From a virus: 64,000 bases of DNA. How positions within the stretch are numbered: the first letter of the stretch is position 1; each line of letters begins with the position of its first letter. This document shows positions 57,131 to 64,000 of the stretch, piece after piece. The DNA lies in IMG/VR virus record IMGVR_UViG_3300017917_001172, positions 14,531 to 78,530 of that record, one strand, 5' to 3'. Under the pieces are notes generated by a model. That model was not told the origin of the DNA, searched no databases, and was given only the letters and a program-made list of their open reading frames with translations. The translations under genes were made by a program, and so were the position numbers.

Positions 57131-57751
57131 TTAACCTGTAGCTGTAACGCCAATTTGCCTTGGAACGTTTGGTGAACCAACACCGTCGCCCAGAGGAGTC
57201 TGTAGAGCGTTATCAAACTTGATGGTCATCGAAATCGTTACTGCTTCGCTTGTTCCATAGTTGAGATCGTTATAGTTCACTGTGCTGAGATAAGCACCGT
57301 AGATTTCCCAAGTCTCTAGGACCTGTGGAGCATCTGCGCCGTTACCACCGTCGAGCATCTCGCACCTCAGAGTGAACTTGTAATCAATGCCAGCTGAAGC
57401 TGAGCTCTGCTCGAAGAAGTCAAACTGCTTCTGTAGCTGCTCACCAACTAGCTTAGACACCGTACCAAGTGCATCATCTCTGATATTAACAGTGATGTCG
57501 CTCCAGTTGTGCTTGCCTGCTAGCTTGATCTTTGAGTTATAAACGTCAACTACGATCTCGTCAAACGTTACTTCCGGGCGAGTGAAATCTATCACCTGCT
57601 TAGTGAGCTCCGTCCTTGGAGTAGTGATACCGAAGTTTTCAAACATCACCCTAAAGCGATACTTGAGCTTTGGCATCAGCAGACCCTGGCTAGTAGCTGA
57701 CTGATCGCTAGCTACTGGCACAGTAAATCTTGTTAGGGTTGCGACTGCCAT
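57131..57751 (-). CDS. gp19: Tail tube protein (gp19-like)
   Basis: PKLKYRFRV, AGKHNWSDI..RDD, LDG, WEIYGAY, FDNA; follows the sheath. Confidence 0.85.
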   Translation of the reverse strand: MAVATLTRFTVPVASDQSATSQGLLMPKLKYRFRVMFENFGITTPRTELTKQVIDFTRPEVTFDEIVVDVYNSKIKLAGKHNWSDITVNIRDDALGTVSKLVGEQLQKQFDFFEQSSASAGIDYKFTLRCEMLDGGNGADAPQVLETWEIYGAYLSTVNYNDLNYGTSEAVTISMTIKFDNALQTPLGDGVGSPNVPRQIGVTATG

Positions 57752-57806
57752 CTGTGTCTCCTATTACCTTCTATTTACCTAGTATTTTCTCTGCTTACCT
57801 GTGTCA

Positions 57807-60800
57807 TCATACCGGGCGGCTTGTTGTTACGCTGCCGGATCCAATCTCACCAGTGTTCTTGATTCTGATTGGAATGTAGATGAACTCGATAGCCTTGACT
57901 GGCTCGATAGCGATGTCTATGTAAAGCTCATTGCGATCGATCCTGTCTGGTGTGTTGTTAGTTTCATCGCACACAACCAGGTAGTCATACAAGGCACGCT
58001 TTGTTACCAAGTCATTGCAGAACCTATCGACTACGCCCTTGACTTCATCTCGGGTGATCTTGTCGTTTGGTTCAAACAAGAACGGACGGACAACTCTATC
58101 AAGTTGTGTTCGCATGAAGCAGATCAACCTTGCTACGTTGACTCTGTCTAGTGCGCTATCAGTTGAAGAACGAGTCTTCTGTCCATCAACGTAGATACCA
58201 GTGCTTGGGCTGTATGTCAATGGATTGACGTTGTTCTGATACAGTATGTCACGAACGCCTTGGCGCACGCCTACTGCAAAGAACTCGCCAGTCTCAGTTA
58301 GATAACCAAGCTTGGTCACGTTGTCAAGAGTACCGCGGCGAACACCTGCTGGTGCAAACCACTGTGCGCTCTGCTGATCTGAGCGATGTATCATCCTCAA
58401 CACGCCATAGCTTGCTGGCATGATGTGTGGGATGCCTGCTAGATCTGAACCTAGCACGCTTGGATAGTAGACTGCGCAGTATGGATCCCTAGTGACTAGC
58501 GAATCTTCGTTCTCTACTGAGTTCAGTTCGCTGTTGGTCAACCAGTTCGTTAGTGCAGTACCTTCTGTTGGGATGCGGAATGGTGAGTCACCAATCACGA
58601 ACGCAGTCTGCTTGCGATCGTTGTTTAGCTGCACCATGTTTGGAATCAGCTCAGGATATCCTGGAGCAGCTAAGAGGTTGAACACTCTCTGCTCTTCACG
58701 TATCTCTGTGCTGGTATCGATAGCTGCCTTCATGGCCTGCACGATAACGTTGCGCTGGGCGCGACGTCCAAAGTAAGCATGACCGTTTTCCCTAGATCCG
58801 CTGATTGATACCCAAGCATTCGTCTCGGTTGGAAGAGTTTCTCCTGCAAAGTCAGTAGCATTAAAGTAGTTCTTCCTGTACTCCTTGACGTTAAAGCTTG
58901 AACGCCTTGTGTTGAACAGCAACATACCTCTTGGGAACTGGAGAGGATCAGGAGCATCAAGATCAACATAGTTGTTGCTTAGCATGCTTGATATTGGAGG
59001 AATGGTGTCATTAACGGTGTCTAGTGTTGAGTTGCCCATGAAACGAGCATCTGCGAACAAGATACCATTTTCGCTTGTCTGATCAGTGTTATCGATCTGT
59101 GTCCAAACGTTTTCACCATTGATCAAGCTGTAACGATAGATCACTGGGTAATTTTCTAGATCACCTGTGTCAATCCACAAGTCACCGTAGACCAATGTTG
59201 TGCCATCGCTCTGTGTAGTTGGCTCAGTAACAGAGAAGATAGGACCATTTGGATCAGTGTTAGCTAGGTTGAATCCTCTTGCATCTACTGAGACGTTACG
59301 ATAACCCTTCCAGCTAGTACCGTCATGTACCATGATGTCAGCTTCACCGAGCTCACCCCAATACCACTTGGTCTTGTTAGCTGGATCTTGTCCAGGTGCA
59401 TCAACGCTAGCAGTGTAGACTGAAGGTATCCAGTTTGATACGATGATCTCGCCTGAGTTTGGACCAGCGCGGCAGAAATCGCTACCAGAGCTGATGCCTG
59501 CATCAGCCAACGGTGTACCATCTGTTTCATCAAGAACTAAAACACCACCAGCAGTGTGTATGATGCTGATTGAACCATCAGCATTGACCTGTGCTGAGAC
59601 ATAATCTAAGCCTAGTCCTAGGATGTCTTCTACAAAGTTAGCTGCTGTGGTTCCAGTCAAAGTAACAACTTCAACATCGCTCAAAGCATCGCTGTTAGGT
59701 ACGCTGTACCTGATAGTGAACTCGTCGCCAGCAGTAAAGCTTGGGCTAGTGTCATCACCTGTCACTGCGGTAACGCCTGTCTTGGCCCTGTTAAGCAACT
59801 TATAAGTCACTGTATCATTCTCTGACACGTCAGTCTGGATATAAACTGTTCCGACTGGGATGCCTGAACCACCGCGTAGAGGATCGTAAGCCTTGTTAGC
59901 TTCTACGTCAGTTCCATACAGAGGTGCGCTCAGAAGCTGCCAAGCTTCAGTTAGAGTGTTCCAACGCTTGATAGAAAAGCTAGCACCGAAGTTAGCAGCA
60001 GTGGTCTTGACCCATACTGAGCCAGTTGGCCTTGGGGCTGCATCACCGCTCTTCCAAACTGGAACAGAGGTGTGCTTGCTAAGCTGCACTGTTGGACGAT
60101 AGTATATCTTAGCTTCAATGTCTAGATCGTCTAGAGGTGTACCGCTATCGTTTGAGATAGACAAGCCACCGTCAACCGTGCTGCCATCTGATGCAGCGGT
60201 ATTGTCAACGTAAATCTCTAGCTTCCTTGCTACTACTGCTGCGGTAACACCAGTGATAGATGCAGCATTGATGTCTGCCACGAGATCGTCTACTGTTTCA
60301 CCAGTGATCGTGACTATCTCTCCGTTGATGGAAATCGTATCAGCAATTGAAAGAACAGGATTGCTTGTGCCGCTCTGAACTGTTGGCCAGCTCAGCATCC
60401 AATCAACTGAGCCTACTAGGACCCAATCATTTGCTTTGTTCTTGTAATACACAGGATTGTTTGCATTAGTAGCAACCAAAGCATACTGACCTTGCTGTCC
60501 TATTGAAACCTTAGGCACGCCACCAGATAGATCGTCAGCATCAGTTATGACCAGAGGAATGATCGGAACAAATTCCTGCTCAACAGCATCCCATTCAAAC
60601 AAGCCCAACCTAGTAGGTGTCACGTCTAACCAATAAGTGCCATCTTCTGGCGGAGCCAGTGGACGATCACCCAAGCTAGCTAGCTGTGCTAGGTCAACGT
60701 CAGCCCTGATGACATAGACTTGATTGGTCACGCCAAGCAAGCTGTAAGCTGTCATCAATCCATATTCGTTGAGCTCGTAACCGTTTAGCGGTGAGCTATT

Positions 60801-61034
60801 GTTGTTGGTATAGAACGTTGGCTGACCAAACGTTGTTAAGACATCTCTCTGAGACGTCAGTACGAACAGTGCGCCAGCGTTATCAGCTGTGGTGCCTGCT
60901 GCGATGTTTCCGTTGATCTGCTGCTTGTCTTGCCTGCTAGCAACGATCAAAAGTGGTACTGTAGAAGCTGCTGTGGGAGCGTATTGGCTCTCATCAATAA
61001 CTTGAATTTCTACACCTGGAGAAACAAGTGCCAT
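57807..61034 (-). CDS. gp18: Contractile tail sheath protein (gp18-like), 1075 aa
   Basis: LVSPGVEIQVIDES, WFAPAGVRRG, GQKT, ALDRVNVARL, FEPND, VCDETNNTP, IEFIYI. Confidence 0.93.
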   Translation of the reverse strand: MALVSPGVEIQVIDESQYAPTAASTVPLLIVASRQDKQQINGNIAAGTTADNAGALFVLTSQRDVLTTFGQPTFYTNNNSSPLNGYELNEYGLMTAYSLLGVTNQVYVIRADVDLAQLASLGDRPLAPPEDGTYWLDVTPTRLGLFEWDAVEQEFVPIIPLVITDADDLSGGVPKVSIGQQGQYALVATNANNPVYYKNKANDWVLVGSVDWMLSWPTVQSGTSNPVLSIADTISINGEIVTITGETVDDLVADINAASITGVTAAVVARKLEIYVDNTAASDGSTVDGGLSISNDSGTPLDDLDIEAKIYYRPTVQLSKHTSVPVWKSGDAAPRPTGSVWVKTTAANFGASFSIKRWNTLTEAWQLLSAPLYGTDVEANKAYDPLRGGSGIPVGTVYIQTDVSENDTVTYKLLNRAKTGVTAVTGDDTSPSFTAGDEFTIRYSVPNSDALSDVEVVTLTGTTAANFVEDILGLGLDYVSAQVNADGSISIIHTAGGVLVLDETDGTPLADAGISSGSDFCRAGPNSGEIIVSNWIPSVYTASVDAPGQDPANKTKWYWGELGEADIMVHDGTSWKGYRNVSVDARGFNLANTDPNGPIFSVTEPTTQSDGTTLVYGDLWIDTGDLENYPVIYRYSLINGENVWTQIDNTDQTSENGILFADARFMGNSTLDTVNDTIPPISSMLSNNYVDLDAPDPLQFPRGMLLFNTRRSSFNVKEYRKNYFNATDFAGETLPTETNAWVSISGSRENGHAYFGRRAQRNVIVQAMKAAIDTSTEIREEQRVFNLLAAPGYPELIPNMVQLNNDRKQTAFVIGDSPFRIPTEGTALTNWLTNSELNSVENEDSLVTRDPYCAVYYPSVLGSDLAGIPHIMPASYGVLRMIHRSDQQSAQWFAPAGVRRGTLDNVTKLGYLTETGEFFAVGVRQGVRDILYQNNVNPLTYSPSTGIYVDGQKTRSSTDSALDRVNVARLICFMRTQLDRVVRPFLFEPNDKITRDEVKGVVDRFCNDLVTKRALYDYLVVCDETNNTPDRIDRNELYIDIAIEPVKAIEFIYIPIRIKNTGEIGSGSVTTSRPV

Positions 61035-61127
61035 TGGGTAAATCTCCTATTATGGAATATTTACCAGTACTGGTTAAAAAACGCATGATTAAGCAAGACC
61101 TTTGGAGACCTTTGCCTTAAATACGAC

Positions 61128-61475
61128 ATGACCAGACCTACTTGTTCAAAATGCAATGTCAAGCCATGCGCAGTGAACTACAATCGAAATGGCGTGAGAC
61201 ACTACAGGTCCATGTGCTTGTCATGCATAGATGAGTCTAGGCAGGAGAAAAGCTTAGAGAACCAAAGCTTGCTCAAGAGCGGATACAAGAAGAAACATGA
61301 ATGTGATAGATGCCACTTCCAAGCCAAGCATCACAGCCAGCTCAGCATAGTCTATCTGGACGGTAACAAGCTTAACGTGTCTAGGTTAAACCTACGAACC
61401 TATTGTGCCAATTGCATCACCGAGATCGCGGCATTGCCTGCCAGCAACAAGGGCGGGCTGGTCCCAGATTACTGA
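61128..61475 (+). CDS. Zn-binding, degenerate HNH-like protein
   Basis: Four CxxC pairs; LDGN..N...NLRTYCANC; TAAATA 4 nt before ATG. Confidence 0.6.
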   Translation: MTRPTCSKCNVKPCAVNYNRNGVRHYRSMCLSCIDESRQEKSLENQSLLKSGYKKKHECDRCHFQAKHHSQLSIVYLDGNKLNVSRLNLRTYCANCITEIAALPASNKGGLVPDY

Positions 61476-62140
61476 GCTTGTCCGGTTACCTTACCTAGAA
61501 TCACGTCAATGACGTGCCCGAGATCATCTATGCTACCGTCATTCGGAATGACTGCATCAAAGTCTGTGCCACACCAGCTGTATTCGCTGGCATGCACGTT
61601 AGGCCACTTGCCAGCCATGTACCAAGGAACGTATGCGCCAGCTTGGGTACCAGCACCGTATCGTTTCCAATGGTACAGATCATCGTACCATTCAGGCATG
61701 GGCCCGCGCTTCACCATCCAGATCTTGCCACCCATGCGCTTGATAGCAGCAATCTCATTGGGGAAACGGGTATCAGGGATGACCACGTTGGGCTTGCCAG
61801 CCATTCGCTGCATGCCTGCTAGCACCCAGATATCCTGATGCAGGCTGTTGCGCATGACCTCGGTGCCGATGTGCTGTAGCGCAAAGCGAGGCGTCCAGTG
61901 TGAGCCAAACTTTTCCTTGCTGTTTAGTTCCTCGCTCCAGTACATGTCTACCTGCTCACGCAGGAGCCTATCCTCAGGGGTGGTGCCTTCCAGCATGTCC
62001 CTGTCCCAGCCAAACAGCGTGGCCGTTATATCCTTCAAGGGAGTAGCCCAGCTATAGCGTTCATAGCTGTGATGTTTAACAAGATGGCCCGCTATAGTGT
62101 CCTTGCCAGACCCTATCAAACCACAGATACCGATGATCAT
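61469..62140 (-). CDS. Deoxynucleoside monophosphate kinase (T4 gp1-like)
   Basis: IIGICGLIGSGKDT, TPR..LQ.IGTE, DTRFPNE, HASE; promoter TTGACG-17-TATATT. Confidence 0.9.
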   Translation of the reverse strand: MIIGICGLIGSGKDTIAGHLVKHHSYERYSWATPLKDITATLFGWDRDMLEGTTPEDRLLREQVDMYWSEELNSKEKFGSHWTPRFALQHIGTEVMRNSLHQDIWVLAGMQRMAGKPNVVIPDTRFPNEIAAIKRMGGKIWMVKRGPMPEWYDDLYHWKRYGAGTQAGAYVPWYMAGKWPNVHASEYSWCGTDFDAVIPNDGSIDDLGHVIDVILGKVTGQAQ

Positions 62141-62185
62141 GATGCCTCCCTAATAGGCACAATATAGCTGAAGTTCTAGGTAACG

Positions 62186-62941
62186 TCAACCTATGATGAA
62201 GGAGTAAGGATCGCCACCGTCGACGAACATGTCAATGTCCCTCTCCAGCTTCTCGATGTCTGCTAAGGCTTCTGCTTTGAGGGCAGTACCGTTCAAGGTA
62301 GTGCCACCTTGCGGGCCAGCGATCGTAGCAAACTTCTCGCGGGCTTCTCCCAAGCTGCGCTTAGCAAGGGCCAGGGTGTAATCCTTGAGCCAAGGATATG
62401 CCTTGTAGTCACTCAGCAAGGTAACGTCAGGCTTGTAATTGTAAGTCCAAAGCAGTACGGATTCAGTTTCTGAGCGTGGCCTGCGGATGATCTGAAGTTC
62501 CTTGTTGACCTTGTTGAACTTGAAGTTGATGAAACCACCAAACATGCGCTGGCTCATCTCTTGGAACTGGCTGAACAGTTCGTAGTTGAGGAAGCCGCCC
62601 ACGCGGCCTGCTTGCAGGATATACATGTTTAAAAAGCCAGCTTCAAACGGTTCAAACTGAGTAGCTGAGCTAGTACTGGTCGAACCAATGCTGCGGCGGA
62701 AGATCTGCTTGACTGAGATCACTTCGCTAGGCAAGGTGTACTTGTCCGTGTCCTGCAACAGATCGAGGAACGCATAGCTTTCTTCAACTGAGTTAGAGCT
62801 GCGCTGCCTGTAGCGTTGCAAGGATGCTTTGAGAGCAGTCTCGTAGTGTACAGGGTCTAGTTCAACATCAACCATGCCGTCGCCGAGGCTAAAACGGACA
62901 TAATCAAAGATTTCTTGCTTCAGTTCATTTAAGGTAGCCAT
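62186..62941 (-). CDS. gp13: Neck protein (T4 gp13-like)
   Basis: LG..MVDVELD, WLKDYTLA..K..LGEAREKF, GG..LNG, FIIG. Confidence 0.8.
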   Translation of the reverse strand: MATLNELKQEIFDYVRFSLGDGMVDVELDPVHYETALKASLQRYRQRSSNSVEESYAFLDLLQDTDKYTLPSEVISVKQIFRRSIGSTSTSSATQFEPFEAGFLNMYILQAGRVGGFLNYELFSQFQEMSQRMFGGFINFKFNKVNKELQIIRRPRSETESVLLWTYNYKPDVTLLSDYKAYPWLKDYTLALAKRSLGEAREKFATIAGPQGGTTLNGTALKAEALADIEKLERDIDMFVDGGDPYSFIIG

Positions 62942-62975
62942 GCAAATATTTATGCATGGCTACCAAACTAACTGG

Positions 62976-63230
62976 TTACATTCGTCCAATGCCCCTGCCG
63001 GCAAAGTATCCACCAATGCCTTTAGCAACGGCGCCACCCGGTGCACCTACTACGATCAGCATGATCAATCCTGTCCAAAAATGGTATTCCATGAACTCAT
63101 AGAACGTGCCAGTAGGATAATGTGCATACCATTGGCCAACACATGCTACGAACAAGGACAGCACAAAGATGTGCAACCTAGCCCAGATTAGCAGGAACAT
63201 AAGTGCAGGATAACAAAAATACAACCACAT
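62976..63230 (-). CDS. Small membrane protein
   Basis: Hydrophobic helices; AGGAG SD; ends GGYFAGRGIGRM. Confidence 0.6.
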   Translation of the reverse strand: MWLYFCYPALMFLLIWARLHIFVLSLFVACVGQWYAHYPTGTFYEFMEYHFWTGLIMLIVVGAPGGAVAKGIGGYFAGRGIGRM

Positions 63231-63241
63231 GTTAGTCTCCT

Positions 63242-63592
63242 TTATGCCTTAGCAAACTTTTTACCTGCATAGTAACCACCTACAGTAGCGATAGCAACGT
63301 TACGAACGAACTTGCCTTTACCTTTTCCGCCGCCGCCTTTGTCATTTTTGTCATCATCATCGCTTGAATCAGCAGTCAACGCGCCATAGCCAATAGCTAA
63401 TATCAGCAAGCAATCTATGCCAACTAGCCATCCCATCATGTTCCTGCCGAAGCTTGTTATGAATGCGGCCAGAACAAATGCAATGACATGACACCCTACT
63501 AACAGCCATATGCCAGATTTCCCAAGTTTAGATACTACCACGCACTGAGCTACTACCCAAAGCAGGAAGATTAGTATAGCCAGAACTTCCAT
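63242..63592 (-). CDS. Membrane protein (three TM helices plus Gly-zipper tail)
   Basis: Start revised to MEVLAIL; ends VGGYYAGKKFAKA. Confidence 0.6.
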   Translation of the reverse strand: MEVLAILIFLLWVVAQCVVVSKLGKSGIWLLVGCHVIAFVLAAFITSFGRNMMGWLVGIDCLLILAIGYGALTADSSDDDDKNDKGGGGKGKGKFVRNVAIATVGGYYAGKKFAKA

Positions 63593-63593
63593 G

Positions 63594-64000
63594 TTACTTG
63601 TCCACTCGCAGCAGGATGATCTGCGCATTAGTACGCCCGTTGAGCTTGACCTCGGTGGCTTTGATCTTGTCCAAGAACGTCCTCAGCTGGACCTTGCCGG
63701 ACTCTGCGAACTGCTTGAGCTGCTCCTTGGGCTTGCGGAGCGTCTTGCTCACACTCAGCTTGGGATCCCAGCCGAGGATGGTCGAGCCCTTGACGGTCAG
63801 CGTCTTGTCCAAGTCGCTGGCCACATACTTGCCCAGCTTGCGAGTCTTGGTATTGTAAACCCAAAGCACCGTGGCACCCACGATCTCCTTGGGCTGGACG
63901 CTGGTAAGACCAAGCTCTGCATCGTCCTTTTGGAACTTGACCTTGCGGGCAAGCTTCTCGGGCGGCTGCGGCTTGCGCATGCGCGGCTTACGAGCAGCAA
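63594..64000 (-). CDS. Hypothetical T4-like protein, C-terminal part (continues beyond the window)
   Basis: LWVYNTKTRKLGKYVA, VKGSTILG, KTLRKP, NGR; frame open to the window edge. Confidence 0.65.
   Translation of the reverse strand, partial: AARKPRMRKPQPPEKLARKVKFQKDDAELGLTSVQPKEIVGATVLWVYNTKTRKLGKYVASDLDKTLTVKGSTILGWDPKLSVSKTLRKPKEQLKQFAESGKVQLRTFLDKIKATEVKLNGRTNAQIILLRVDK

Noticed and set aside
763-63864. Numerous 60-175 aa antisense or alternate-frame ORFs in the track
   Set aside because: They lie inside well-supported genes, have no motifs or RBS, and are expected from codon bias.
1-64000. Stop-codon recoding, tRNA or rRNA genes
   Set aside because: Genes are full length in code 11 with all three stops used; intergenic gaps are short and I saw no cloverleaf or rRNA motifs.

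Overview
This is a 64 kb segment of a large T4-like (myovirus) phage genome, read in genetic code 11 and almost all on the minus strand. Host clues point to an alphaproteobacterium: a Usg homologue, DUF3008- and DUF6614-like modules, TTGAC..GCTA promoters and many leaderless genes. Replication and recombination genes: nrdA, a PD-(D/E)XK exonuclease, gp41 helicase, primase, a 189-aa DnaE-like polymerase core, a gp62-like protein, UvsW, UvsX, UvsY, gp32 and dNMP kinase. Morphogenesis genes: TerL, gp4, tail tube, a 1075-aa sheath, neck gp13, a beta-helix spike and many putative internal head proteins. Accessory content: (1) a ~14 kb glycan synthesis and decoration island with KdsA, KdsB, three KpsS/KpsC-like GT-B enzymes, several GT-A enzymes, an NTP-transferase/HAD/DeoD trio, an MTase-sulfotransferase fusion and a carbamoyltransferase with a 33-aa partner peptide; (2) a radical-SAM/SDR/sulfotransferase cassette; (3) an ATE_C/DUF6614/DUF1415-like trio; (4) two tandem proteins with N-terminal Hint domains that appear able to cleave only at their C-terminus. 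Several RNA-level structures are visible: a gp32 leader hairpin with repeats, a 3' UTR complementary to the AAA-ATPase ribosome-binding site, and a hairpin abutting a start codon. I saw no tRNA, rRNA or CRISPR array. Capsid, portal, nrdB and any B-family polymerase are not in the window. All family assignments come from motif recognition by eye, not database searches.
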